This document shows, in pieces, positions 1-9,084 of a stretch of DNA of 64,000 bases; position 1 is the stretch's first letter; the number at the start of each line of letters is the position of its first letter. The notes beneath the pieces are model-generated. The model had not been told where the DNA came from. It saw only the letters and a program-made list of their open reading frames with translations, and did not search any database. A program made the position numbers and the translations under genes. Origin of the DNA: Shigella phage vB_SdyM_006; the sequence record MK295204; one strand, written 5' to 3'.

Positions 1-580
1 CAGCCATCAGTAACTTCATGTTATTCATGTTGATAACAAATTTAAATGTTTCTGAAGATTCCCATTCACCTACTTCGATGGAAAATAAAACTTTTTCTAA
101 ACTAGAATCCACAGCTTTATTATAACCGTTAATCACAATTTTATTGTCTAATGATTCAATAGCAATAGTATCAGCACCAACAGCACGAGTCATTTTAGTG
201 ATTTGCTGGAGATCTTCAGCTTTTAATTCAAAAATAACGTCAGCAACAGGAAAACCAATCGGATTTTTCGGAACAACAATCGTACTTAAATCTGCTGTAG
301 CAAAAAATACTTCAGTTCGATCATTTTTAATGACAGCCACACGTTCGCGTTCATTATGGGTAATTGTCGCATCTTCACCAACAAGACTCAAAATAGATAA
401 AAATCCAGGTAAATCATAAATAGGCATTTCTGAATCGATTTCATCAGCAATAGTTGCATCAGCATAAATTGTCTTGTTAATAGCTCGGGTCATGATAAAA
501 TTGCCTGGTTTTAAAACAATACCAGGATTAATAGAACTAAAGTTTTTAAGAACAGTTAAAGTGTCTTTACTAAATTTCAT
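1..580 (-). CDS. 45: Sliding clamp gp45, N-terminal part (C-terminus lies beyond window start)
   Basis: Minus-strand translation from ATG near 580 reads MKFSKDTLTVLKNFSSINPGIVLKPGNFIMTRA..., closely matching T4 gp45 N-terminus; synteny 47-46-45.2-rpbA-45. Confidence 0.85.
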   Translation of the reverse strand, partial: MKFSKDTLTVLKNFSSINPGIVLKPGNFIMTRAINKTIYADATIADEIDSEMPIYDLPGFLSILSLVGEDATITHNERERVAVIKNDRTEVFFATADLSTIVVPKNPIGFPVADVIFELKAEDLQQITKMTRAVGADTIAIESLDNKIVINGYNKAVDSSLEKVLFSIEVGEWESSETFKFVINMNNMKLLMA

Positions 581-589
581 TATATTACC

Positions 590-916
590 TTATTTCAAAT
601 TTTTAATTACTATTGAGGCTGCTTTTAATAATACATCAGAAGTATCGATTTGATATTTCTCTTCAAGAATATCAGTTCCTGGAATTAACTTTGCGCCGTT
701 AGCAATGGCTGTTGTTTTATAATCTTTTAACCATTGAACATATTCTTTAGATACTTTTGAATCAAGGTCTTTATATAAAGAAAACCGTTGTTCTTTTGGT
801 AAAGAGAGGAATTTTGTTTTATGTTTTTCCGGTAATTGTGATACCCATGCTTGACGAATTGCATTTTTAAAATCTTTATCTTTGAGTTTAGTTTCTTTAA
901 TCATATACATCCTCAA
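590..916 (-). CDS. rpbA: RNA polymerase-binding protein RpbA-like (by position)
   Basis: 108-aa ORF between 45 and 46 as in T4; assignment by synteny only. Confidence 0.5.
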   Translation of the reverse strand: MRMYMIKETKLKDKDFKNAIRQAWVSQLPEKHKTKFLSLPKEQRFSLYKDLDSKVSKEYVQWLKDYKTTAIANGAKLIPGTDILEEKYQIDTSDVLLKAASIVIKNLK

Positions 917-1079
917 CAGTCCAGTAATTGTGTCTGTTATTCATAATTTTAGGAAGTTCGTCTCCGAACTTCTCTTCAAGTTGTTGTTTTGTAACCAGTA
1001 TTATATCATCTGAGTATCTATTGCAAAGATAATATTTTTTTATTTCTGGATAAGTTTCTAAATCTGTAAATAATCTCAT
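897..1079 (-). CDS. Small hypothetical protein (45.2 position)
   Basis: 60-aa ORF between 46 and rpbA, overlapping start/stop with neighbours. Confidence 0.4.
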   Translation of the reverse strand: MRLFTDLETYPEIKKYYLCNRYSDDIILVTKQQLEEKFGDELPKIMNNRHNYWTVEDVYD

Positions 1080-2761
1080 TGTTCTTCTTTAACTGTAAAT
1101 CGGCCAACTTTATTCATTATAATATGTCTATCATAATCTTGTGGATTATGGTCACTATGAGAAATAATAAACACGTTATGATCTTCCATTGAATTAAGAA
1201 TTGACATGATTCCTTTAGAAGCCTCAGAATCCATACTACCATCAAAAACTTCATCTAAAAACAACGTTTTTATATTAACACCAGATATCATCGATGCAAT
1301 ATCATGCCATGTAAATAAAATTGCCGAATCAATTCTTGCCTTTTCACCTTCACTAAACGAAAAATAAGAAAATGTTTCTCGTCCACGAGAATTAATAGTT
1401 TCTACAAATTCTTCGTTTAAAGTGACTTGATAATCAGCACCTAATTTAGATAAATGTTTATTCAGTTGTTTATTAAACAAAGGAATATATTTAGAAATTA
1501 TGGCGCCTTTAATACCAGAATCTTTTAACATCTCTGTTAAAATACCTCTATGATATTTTTCCATAACCATATCGGTTTTAAGTTTAACAATTTTATCAAG
1601 ATCTTTTAGTAAAGCTTCGATTTTATCTGTGTTATCGATTTTTTCTTTTGATGCTTGCTCTATTGCTGAATTTAATTTATCAACATTGCTTGACGCCTTT
1701 AATATTGATTCTGTAATAGACCGGATTTCCATGTTCAGTTCAGAAACTTTTCGTTCTTGCTGTCTAAACATATCAAGTTTGTGTTCAACGTCTTTAGACA
1801 TATCAGAAAGCTTATTTAAGGCATTATCACACTTAGTAATAGATTCTTTAATGACTGGGACTTTAGACGTTCCTTGAAGTTCCTGCATACATGTAGGACA
1901 TGCACCACCTTTATCATATAATGATACAACTCGTGTGTAATTATCCTTTTCAGCCTTGACTTTAGAAATAGCTTGAACAATTTTAGTCATAGATAATTGT
2001 GGATTATCGCCTAAAACTATTTCTGATAATTGTTTTTGCAATTCTTCTATTTTAGCTTTACCTTCTTGTATTTCAGAAAGTTGTTTATCTTTTAATTCTT
2101 GGTACCGTTCAATATTAGCAGAAGACATTTTTTCTTGAGATTCTGCAAATTCTTTTTGGACCTTTAATTGGGCATCAATAGAATCTTTTTTAGTATCAAC
2201 AATAGCAAGCTTTTGATTTAATTCTCTGATGTAAGTTTTATTAAGTTTATCCATCACCCCTAATGTGTTTACATTTAAAAGGTCTTCTACTAACCTACGT
2301 CTTTCCGGGGTCTTTTGTTGCATAAAAGGAATAAAGCCTGCAGTACCAAGGACAATTGTATTTTTAAACGTTTCCATATTCATTCCAATCATTTGTTCAA
2401 ACTTTTCTTGGAAATCTTTTACAGAAGCATCTTCGTCTAAAGGTTGTCCATTAACTTGGATTTCAAATACAGTTGGCTTTTGTCCTCGTTTAACATAATA
2501 TTCATCAGAGCCGTATTTAAACCACAAGTCAACTAATAATTCTTTTTTATTAAATGTGTTAACTAATAAACCCTTTTTAATAGGTCTAAATGGTTTTCCG
2601 AATAATGCAAAACATACTGCTTCTAGCATAGTACTTTTACCAGCACCATTTTTACCTGTAATAAGTGTTTTATGGTGTTGGTCTAATGAAATATCAATAG
2701 GAGATTGTCCTACTGATAATATGTTTTTGTATTTTACTCTAATTAATTTAAATTCTTTCAT
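1076..2761 (-). CDS. 46: Recombination endonuclease subunit gp46 (SbcC/Rad50-like ATPase)
   Basis: 561 aa; N-terminal Walker A GKNGAGKST, long coiled-coil middle, C-terminal signature/D-loop region; adjacent to gp47. Confidence 0.9.
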   Translation of the reverse strand: MKEFKLIRVKYKNILSVGQSPIDISLDQHHKTLITGKNGAGKSTMLEAVCFALFGKPFRPIKKGLLVNTFNKKELLVDLWFKYGSDEYYVKRGQKPTVFEIQVNGQPLDEDASVKDFQEKFEQMIGMNMETFKNTIVLGTAGFIPFMQQKTPERRRLVEDLLNVNTLGVMDKLNKTYIRELNQKLAIVDTKKDSIDAQLKVQKEFAESQEKMSSANIERYQELKDKQLSEIQEGKAKIEELQKQLSEIVLGDNPQLSMTKIVQAISKVKAEKDNYTRVVSLYDKGGACPTCMQELQGTSKVPVIKESITKCDNALNKLSDMSKDVEHKLDMFRQQERKVSELNMEIRSITESILKASSNVDKLNSAIEQASKEKIDNTDKIEALLKDLDKIVKLKTDMVMEKYHRGILTEMLKDSGIKGAIISKYIPLFNKQLNKHLSKLGADYQVTLNEEFVETINSRGRETFSYFSFSEGEKARIDSAILFTWHDIASMISGVNIKTLFLDEVFDGSMDSEASKGIMSILNSMEDHNVFIISHSDHNPQDYDRHIIMNKVGRFTVKEEQ

Positions 2762-3810
2762 TATGAGTTAACCGATTCAACATGTAGGCTTAAGGCATAT
2801 TTAAATAATATTTCTTTTTCGTCTTCAGACAAGCCTTCTAATGCATTGATATATTCTCGAATGATAGTTTCTAAACTTTCAACAACAATATCATCAGAGT
2901 CATCAACTTCAGGTCCATCTGTAGCTACTTTAGAAACAACCTTTAATGAATGGACTACGGATTCTAATTTAGATTCAAATTCTGTAAATTTATCATCCAT
3001 TTTATTAACAATAACACGAACAGCGATATCTTTATAATCTTCAGGGTTAATATCTGAAGGATATTGAACACGTTGGTGCCACATTGTTTTATTTTGAACA
3101 AACTCTACACTAGAATCTTTAGGGTTAAATATCCATACACCTCTAGGGTCATCCTCATCGCCAGCAGTAATTGAATATGGAGTTCCAATATATAATACAT
3201 TACCAGCTTCAGAAATCGTATGGAAGTGGCCTGAATAGACTTTATCATATTTTTTAAGAAAGTCTGGTTCTAGTCCATGGGATTTCATTCCTTTATAAAA
3301 ATAAAATCCGTTTAATTCCCAATGTCCAATACATATTTTAGCATTAGACTTTTTAATATGGTCTAAAATCTCTTTAGTGTTTTCATCGCACATCCAAGGA
3401 ATTAAATCAATTAATGTTCCTTCTATTTCGACTGTTGTTGGTTTATCATAAATTGTTATATTATCATGTTTTGATAATAATTCCGAAACCGAGTTAGGAT
3501 GGATTTTATTTTTGAAATGTAAATCATGATTACCAATAATAACATGCAAGTTAATACCAGCTTCTTTAAGTAAATCCACATTTTCTCTACTAAATTCCAT
3601 TGTGACATGTGTAATGGCTTTACGTACATCGAACCAATCACCAAATTGAATAACTTCTGTGATTTTGTTTTGTTTACAAATTTCGATAATTTGTTTTATT
3701 GAATCTCTTTGGATATTTTGAATCCAAGGGTCGTCTTTAGCGACCCCATAATGTAAATCACCTACAAATAAAATCATCATAATATCCTTGTCAATTAAAA
3801 TTGATACCAC
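2761..3810 (-). CDS. 47: Recombination endonuclease subunit gp47 (SbcD/Mre11-like phosphoesterase)
   Basis: Calcineurin-like phosphoesterase motifs (GDLHYG, GDWFD, GNHD); true start probably internal Met (MILFVGDLHYG, near 3777). Confidence 0.9.
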   Translation of the reverse strand: MVSILIDKDIMMILFVGDLHYGVAKDDPWIQNIQRDSIKQIIEICKQNKITEVIQFGDWFDVRKAITHVTMEFSRENVDLLKEAGINLHVIIGNHDLHFKNKIHPNSVSELLSKHDNITIYDKPTTVEIEGTLIDLIPWMCDENTKEILDHIKKSNAKICIGHWELNGFYFYKGMKSHGLEPDFLKKYDKVYSGHFHTISEAGNVLYIGTPYSITAGDEDDPRGVWIFNPKDSSVEFVQNKTMWHQRVQYPSDINPEDYKDIAVRVIVNKMDDKFTEFESKLESVVHSLKVVSKVATDGPEVDDSDDIVVESLETIIREYINALEGLSEDEKEILFKYALSLHVESVNS

Positions 3811-3995
3811 TTTTTAATTCGTGCATTATCAGCAATAACTTCTTCTTTACCAGAGAAATTATAAGGAACCTGTGTAGATATCATCTTTGCACTTTTTTTA
3901 TTAAGCTTTACAAAATAATCATTGCCAAATTCAAATAAAGAATCAGGCTTAAGTTTTTTAAATGTCGTCTTTAGTATCATTTTTAGCATCTTCAA
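3795..3995 (-). CDS. Hypothetical protein
   Basis: 66-aa ORF in early-gene orientation between 55 and 47. Confidence 0.4.
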   Translation of the reverse strand: MKMLKMILKTTFKKLKPDSLFEFGNDYFVKLNKKSAKMISTQVPYNFSGKEEVIADNARIKKWYQF

Positions 3996-4308
3996 TTATT
4001 TTAAATAAGGCTTTTCTTGATGTTTCATAACAATAGTCAAGAACTGCTTTATCTGTTGATTGTTTATAAATTTTACGAAGTTTACCTAAAGCATAAACAA
4101 ATTGTTCTTTATTACCTTTAAGTAAAGAATCTTCATAAAGTCCTTTTAAACGTTTAATTTCTCGTCGTTCTTTACGAAGAATAACGTCGGCCCGTTTTTT
4201 AGCTTCTTCAAAAAGTTTTTCTTCATAGTCTTTAACTTCAGGGTCTAATTGAGATAAAGAATCAATTTTTATTTCTTGATTAGTCATTATATTTCCATTC
4301 AAAATCAA
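3958..4308 (-). CDS. Hypothetical protein
   Basis: 116-aa charged/helical ORF; no recognised motif. Confidence 0.45.
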   Translation of the reverse strand: MILNGNIMTNQEIKIDSLSQLDPEVKDYEEKLFEEAKKRADVILRKERREIKRLKGLYEDSLLKGNKEQFVYALGKLRKIYKQSTDKAVLDYCYETSRKALFKIIEDAKNDTKDDI

Positions 4309-4483
4309 AATAAATATTAAAATCCTCTATAGTATAGAAATAAGAAAACTCTCCCTGTTCAACAGAGATTGTCTCATCATATACATTAGTCGGATCAATT
4401 AAAACTGGTATATTGTACTTCTCTTTTAATAGAAGCTTAATAAGATATGGTAATGCATTTATATCGTTATATTCTTCAATCAT
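4280..4483 (-). CDS. Hypothetical protein (start trimmed to internal Met)
   Basis: ORF track gives 4280-4588, overlapping gp55 by 113 nt; internal Met gives a short overlap typical of this genome. Confidence 0.35.
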   Translation of the reverse strand: MIEEYNDINALPYLIKLLLKEKYNIPVLIDPTNVYDETISVEQGEFSYFYTIEDFNIYFDFEWKYND

Positions 4484-5027
4484 CGGGGTTAGATTGAGTT
4501 TCTGCTTTAAGTAATTCATAAAAATCATCCAATGTCGGTCCTGTATCATCAGCCTTTTTTGACCCGCTAGATTTAACAGAACTTTCATAAGAGTTTAATT
4601 TATCATATATGTCTTGTATAAACGTTTCGTCTGCAATTTGAGATAAATCTGTATCAAATTCATCATAAACGTTATGGACAAAGTAGCTATATTTTATTGC
4701 CATTTCTTTTCGTTCTTTTTTAATACGCTGAACAAATGCATTAAAACAAGCCTTAGTGATGTAAGCATGTGGATTATTATATTTCTTCTCATCAAAGCCA
4801 TATAAACCTTTTATAGTAGCTTCAATACCGTCCCAATACATTTCTTGTTTCCAATCAGGTGTATATCCAGAAAAGTTATAACGATAGGAAAGGCCTTCAG
4901 CTATAAGCATAATAGCGCGTCCAATAGAATCAGGGATTTTTACCTGATAACCAGCATCATAACAGTCTTGTTTCCACTTACAAATTTCTTTATATAATTC
5001 TTTATTGTTAATATAATTATTCATCAA
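4476..5027 (-). CDS. 55: Late-transcription sigma factor gp55
   Basis: 183 aa (T4 gp55 is 185 aa); sequence resembles T4 gp55; T4-like position. Confidence 0.85.
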   Translation of the reverse strand: MMNNYINNKELYKEICKWKQDCYDAGYQVKIPDSIGRAIMLIAEGLSYRYNFSGYTPDWKQEMYWDGIEATIKGLYGFDEKKYNNPHAYITKACFNAFVQRIKKERKEMAIKYSYFVHNVYDEFDTDLSQIADETFIQDIYDKLNSYESSVKSSGSKKADDTGPTLDDFYELLKAETQSNPDD

Positions 5028-5040
5028 GAACCTCCAAGTT

Positions 5041-5235
5041 AATTATATACAAAAATAATATTTTGCATTTGCAATCAAGGAGCTGCGCTCCTTGATATTT
5101 TTATTATTTTATTAAGTTCTTTATATATTATATATAACTATTAAGTAATAAATTAGTAACTCTAGTAAATTAATTTATTAAAAGTCTAGTATATTCTATA
5201 TAACTATTAAGTAATAAATTAATAACTCTATGTTA
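5041..5235. repeat. Intergenic repeat module copy A: GC-clamp stem-loop (GGAGC-TGC-GCTCC) plus two copies of an AT-rich promoter-like unit
   Basis: Core unit tatataactattaagtaataaatta occurs twice here and twice at 40474-40664; the stem-loop plus T-run is shared by both loci. Confidence 0.7.
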
Positions 5236-6657
5236 CTATTTTCTGGTATGTTCTATCCAGTCTTTTACTATTTTTTGATCTTCTATATTATCAGGGTCTA
5301 ATTTTCTACCTAGTTTTCTTAGAAGATACATATAACGATATTTTTCTTTAGTAGTCATTTCGTATTGTTTTTGAAATGATAATCGCTTTCTTGTTTGTTT
5401 TGCTTTAGGAACTTCTAACATGTAATCAGTACAGATAGTAGCATTTTTAAAATACTTATCTTTTATATACTTTGCTAATCTCATATCAGGAACAAATAAA
5501 TTAACTTTTTTATTGCTTTTATTGACCCGGATATTAGTTCTTGCACATAATTGAAAAGCCGGTTCAAGATATTTTGATACTATATAAGCGTTAACTAATT
5601 CATCTTCTTCTAACCCTGCTGATATAGCAAGTTCTTTTAGTATAGGAATTTGCCATGGTAATGGGTTAAAGCTAAACATGACTACAACGTTCCTATAATC
5701 CGTATAGGAGTTTAATCCATGTGGGTTATATGGAACTTCAAGTCCTTTATTAAAACGCGCCCTGTATGAATTCCTGGTGTATATAAATGGCTCATCTCCA
5801 ATTAACCCGTCAAGAATATTTTTGATTCTGGAATAATTGGTTAAACCATCAATTTCTTTATCAGCATTATGTTTAGACCAAGAATTTTCAAACATAACGT
5901 TTATTTGGATTCTTGAAGTATTAGAATATTCTTTAAATACGAGTTTATCTTCTAGAGGTGATTTAACAAAATCCCATTTGTTAAAATATTTTAGAATTTT
6001 ACCAGTAAAAGTGTCTTCTATATTTGCTGCAGAAATAGTTACTTTATCAAAAACTTCCCAATCTTTACTAGACACGTCATTAATAAAATAGCATGTTGCG
6101 CCAGATTCCGTTTTAGATATTTTTGTTGGAATACCTTGTAATAAAGCTTTGTATAAAGGGAGTAAACTCACACAGATATCATCTAATTGGTTAATACCCT
6201 GTAATGCAAGTTCTTCTATTTCTTCTTTATATTTTTCATCTAAAATAAGATCTGATAATCCATCACTTATAGGAAGACAATATTTAAGGATTTCTTCTAA
6301 ATTATGAGAAAACGTAAATTTATTAAATGACACTAATTCTGGGACTTCATCAATATATAGACTAAATCCTTTGAACTTACTAAAATCCGTAATTGATAAC
6401 AATGCAGAATGAGTTATAAACAAAACATCTGCTTGTGTTTCTTCAATAGCTTTATTAACAGACTTTGAGCCAAGTTTATTGTCAGAATCAATTAATACCC
6501 CTTGTCCGCCCAACGAGCAAAAATAATCAAAGGATTGCTTAGACAAAAGCCTCGATATCGAGGCTATAATTGATTTTTCTTTTTTATTGACAATATTTTC
6601 TACAATGGCTTTAGTCTTTCCAGCAGCTGGAATTGCTTTTAAGACTTCAATTTTCAT
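5236..6657 (-). CDS. P-loop NTPase of unknown function
   Basis: 473 aa; Walker A-like AIPAAGKTKA near N-terminus and Walker B-like LYIDEV about 90 aa later; large C-terminal region with no recognised motif. Confidence 0.6.
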   Translation of the reverse strand: MKIEVLKAIPAAGKTKAIVENIVNKKEKSIIASISRLLSKQSFDYFCSLGGQGVLIDSDNKLGSKSVNKAIEETQADVLFITHSALLSITDFSKFKGFSLYIDEVPELVSFNKFTFSHNLEEILKYCLPISDGLSDLILDEKYKEEIEELALQGINQLDDICVSLLPLYKALLQGIPTKISKTESGATCYFINDVSSKDWEVFDKVTISAANIEDTFTGKILKYFNKWDFVKSPLEDKLVFKEYSNTSRIQINVMFENSWSKHNADKEIDGLTNYSRIKNILDGLIGDEPFIYTRNSYRARFNKGLEVPYNPHGLNSYTDYRNVVVMFSFNPLPWQIPILKELAISAGLEEDELVNAYIVSKYLEPAFQLCARTNIRVNKSNKKVNLFVPDMRLAKYIKDKYFKNATICTDYMLEVPKAKQTRKRLSFQKQYEMTTKEKYRYMYLLRKLGRKLDPDNIEDQKIVKDWIEHTRK

Positions 6658-6974
6658 TATTTAAATCCATTTGCACGTAATTTTTTATATTTACGAATAC
6701 CTTTTGTAGTAATTTCTGTAGGACCTTGGATATTAGGCTCGACACCAAATGCCTGAATACCAAAGTTATTTAGAATAGACTCTACCATAATTTCTCTAAT
6801 ACCTGTTTTAGAAATTTGGTGATGGTCTTTGTTAAGAGAGGAATGAAGCTTTTGTTCATGTATATCTAAAAATCTTGGAGTTACAATTTTATCTTCACTT
6901 AATAATTCTTCAGCGATAGGAAAAATATAATTTTTAATTTCATTGCGAAGTAACTTACTCATAATCATCTCCAA
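6657..6974 (-). CDS. Hypothetical protein
   Basis: 105-aa ORF translationally coupled to neighbours. Confidence 0.45.
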   Translation of the reverse strand: MEMIMSKLLRNEIKNYIFPIAEELLSEDKIVTPRFLDIHEQKLHSSLNKDHHQISKTGIREIMVESILNNFGIQAFGVEPNIQGPTEITTKGIRKYKKLRANGFK

Positions 6975-7233
6975 TATATTTTTTTAATCCAGATAAACCA
7001 CCAACTGATTTATCATTAATGAATATTTGTGGGTATATAATACTAAGGTTTTGTTTATTAAGCATTTTTGCTAGAGAAATAATTGTTTCTCTGTGATAAT
7101 CAAATCCTTCTGGTGTATTATATAGAACCGGGATAAAAGTGTACTCTAATTTATGTTCTTCACATAATCTAACAGCTTCTTTACATGAATAACAACGACC
7201 AACTTCTTCAGGAATGCCATAAATTATTATCAT
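6955..7233 (-). CDS. nrdH: Glutaredoxin-like protein (NrdH-type)
   Basis: 92 aa with CYSC active-site motif near N-terminus and glutaredoxin-fold pattern; adjacent to nrdG/nrdD. Confidence 0.75.
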   Translation of the reverse strand: MIIIYGIPEEVGRCYSCKEAVRLCEEHKLEYTFIPVLYNTPEGFDYHRETIISLAKMLNKQNLSIIYPQIFINDKSVGGLSGLKKYIGDDYE

Positions 7234-7466
7234 AAAAATTTAGTAAGGCCAACATTCATATAAAATCTATGTTTGATATTAGGACCTTTAACTTCAATTG
7301 CCATTTTGTCATAAATTATCCAAATATACTGATAATCTACATCAGAAGGGAGATTGAACATATTATTGTCTTCTAATTTAGCATTTAAAAATTTAATGCT
7401 TAAAAAGCCTAATCCAAAGTCACATTCTTCCCAACTTCGGATTCCTAGTTGTTCTTCAATTGTCAT
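7230..7466 (-). CDS. Hypothetical protein, paralog of the 7468-7710 ORF
   Basis: 78 aa; shares N-terminal G-I-x-S-W-E motif with the adjacent ORF. Confidence 0.45.
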   Translation of the reverse strand: MTIEEQLGIRSWEECDFGLGFLSIKFLNAKLEDNNMFNLPSDVDYQYIWIIYDKMAIEVKGPNIKHRFYMNVGLTKFL

Positions 7467-7467
7467 A

Positions 7468-7710
7468 TTATTCTCTTTCTAAAATAAATTTTTTAATATT
7501 GTAATCTATACCATCAGATTCTTCAACGTCTTTAACATTGAAGCCATCGCCATAATAAGTTATAGAATAATAATTAGGCAAATTTTCTGGTTTAGGAGGC
7601 AATCCAAATATGTTATTTTCTTTTAGGACAACACCACAAAAACATTCTTGTTCTCTATCAAACCAATCAGATTCCCAGCTTTCAATACCATAAGCATCAT
7701 CTAAAATCAT
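7468..7710 (-). CDS. Hypothetical protein, paralog of the 7230-7466 ORF
   Basis: 80 aa; YGIESWESDWF motif. Confidence 0.45.
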   Translation of the reverse strand: MILDDAYGIESWESDWFDREQECFCGVVLKENNIFGLPPKPENLPNYYSITYYGDGFNVKDVEESDGIDYNIKKFILERE

Positions 7711-7718
7711 AATAACCC

Positions 7719-8195
7719 CTAGTTATAGTTAACCCATTTATTATTAATTTTTCTATACATTTTTTGATTATCTGAACCACGATAAGGCTTATCAGTTGGT
7801 TTAGTATAGTCATACTTTCCATCTATAATAACATCAACATACTCTAAAAGCTCTAAGGCTTCTTCTGGGATATCATTAAATTCATATCCGGTCCAAAGCC
7901 ATACATCTTTCCCTGTTTGTTCTTTAACTTTTTTACAGATATCAATAACGGATTTAATGTTAGAACGATACAAAGGGTCGCCGCCTGTGATTGTTAAACC
8001 TTTAATATATGATTTATTAACCATAGAGATTAAATCGTCTAGAGTTGATTCTGTGAACTCCTGTCCATTACGCTGGTTCCAAGTAGACTTGTTATAGCAT
8101 TGTTCACATTTATGAGAACATCCAGTAACAAAAAGGACCGTTCTAAATCCTTCGCCGTTTAAAGAATCACATGGGACAAGTGATGCATAATTCAT
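7719..8195 (-). CDS. nrdG: Anaerobic ribonucleotide reductase activating protein NrdG (radical SAM)
   Basis: GCSHKCEQCYNKSTW cluster typical of NrdG; start trimmed to MNYASLVPCDS so the 8216-8230 hairpin lies upstream. Confidence 0.85.
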   Translation of the reverse strand: MNYASLVPCDSLNGEGFRTVLFVTGCSHKCEQCYNKSTWNQRNGQEFTESTLDDLISMVNKSYIKGLTITGGDPLYRSNIKSVIDICKKVKEQTGKDVWLWTGYEFNDIPEEALELLEYVDVIIDGKYDYTKPTDKPYRGSDNQKMYRKINNKWVNYN

Positions 8196-8210
8196 TTTAT
8201 TCTCCATACC

Positions 8211-8232
8211 AAAAAGGACCCGAAGGTCCTTA
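8211..8232 (-). terminator. GC-clamp tetraloop hairpin (GGACC-CGAA-GGTCC) followed by U-run on minus strand
   Basis: Read directly; sits between the 8234-8566 ORF and nrdG. Confidence 0.45.
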
Positions 8233-8233
8233 A

Positions 8234-8566
8234 TTAACAATAAGCGTAGCATTCATTAGATTTTTTCTTATATACAGAATCACTATTTGTCCAGTCAACA
8301 TCTTCGGGGTCAAAATAACATTCTGCATCTTCATATGAACTTTCTAATCTAAGAGCTTTATGGGCAATTAGACGTTTGTCAGAACGAGATATTTTAGCTT
8401 GAACATTTTTAACTTCGGAAGAGATTCCTTTCCAACGTTTAGGTTTATCAGAGTGAAAAATATTATTTGATACTTCTGTTTGACAGATATTACCACGTGG
8501 TTTTCTTGAAGTAACATCATAATAACCATTATTTTTAACAGTTTTTCTTCTAATAGTTTTACCCAT
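8234..8566 (-). CDS. Hypothetical basic protein
   Basis: 110 aa, lysine/arginine-rich N-terminus; inserted between nrdD and nrdG. Confidence 0.45.
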   Translation of the reverse strand: MGKTIRRKTVKNNGYYDVTSRKPRGNICQTEVSNNIFHSDKPKRWKGISSEVKNVQAKISRSDKRLIAHKALRLESSYEDAECYFDPEDVDWTNSDSVYKKKSNECYAYC

Positions 8567-8575
8567 ATTAATTCC

Positions 8576-8839
8576 TTATGCTAAATGTCTACTCAAATGC
8601 GAAAACCCATTATCTTCTAACTTTTTAATATTTCTTTCTAAAGAATCTTTGTCGTATACAAAATACCCATCATCGGCTTTTATAATAGTACTTTGGCCAG
8701 TTTCAGGGTCTCTTGCAATAGCCAAACCAATATGATGAAGGACTGTTGTATTAATAAAATACAAAAGACCTAAATCCGACATATCATTCCAGTCTAATTC
8801 TGGTTTTTCTGGAATAATATTAATTCCTCTTTGTTGCAT
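8576..8839 (-). CDS. Hypothetical protein
   Basis: 87-aa ORF between nrdD and nrdG. Confidence 0.45.
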   Translation of the reverse strand: MQQRGINIIPEKPELDWNDMSDLGLLYFINTTVLHHIGLAIARDPETGQSTIIKADDGYFVYDKDSLERNIKKLEDNGFSHLSRHLA

Positions 8840-8849
8840 ATATTAATCC

Positions 8850-9041
8850 TTAAAACAATTGGATTCGTTCTTCTAAAATATTTTCATATTCTATCATAGT
8901 GTTTAATTGAACTGTTAATAAAGCTTGTTCTTTTTCACTTAAAGAGTTAAACATGTCGGTCGTTCTAAAAGATGATAATTTATAAATTTTATCACTTAAT
9001 TCGGTCTTTTCATCAATTACTCGTTGTTGATGTGGTTGCAT
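8850..9041 (-). CDS. Hypothetical protein
   Basis: 63-aa ORF immediately after nrdD. Confidence 0.4.
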   Translation of the reverse strand: MQPHQQRVIDEKTELSDKIYKLSSFRTTDMFNSLSEKEQALLTVQLNTMIEYENILEERIQLF

Positions 9042-9084
9042 ATATTAATCCTTTATCAAATCCAGTGGCAGGATGCCATGGTAA

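Noticed and set aside
144-419. 91-aa plus-strand ORF at the window start
   Set aside because: Antisense to the gp45 sliding-clamp coding sequence, which is strongly supported by homology.
5041-5235. Possibility that the repeated units are a CRISPR array or terminal repeats of an insertion element
   Set aside because: Only two units per locus with no regular spacer periodicity, no adjacent transposase or cas gene; the units look like promoter/stem-loop cassettes instead.
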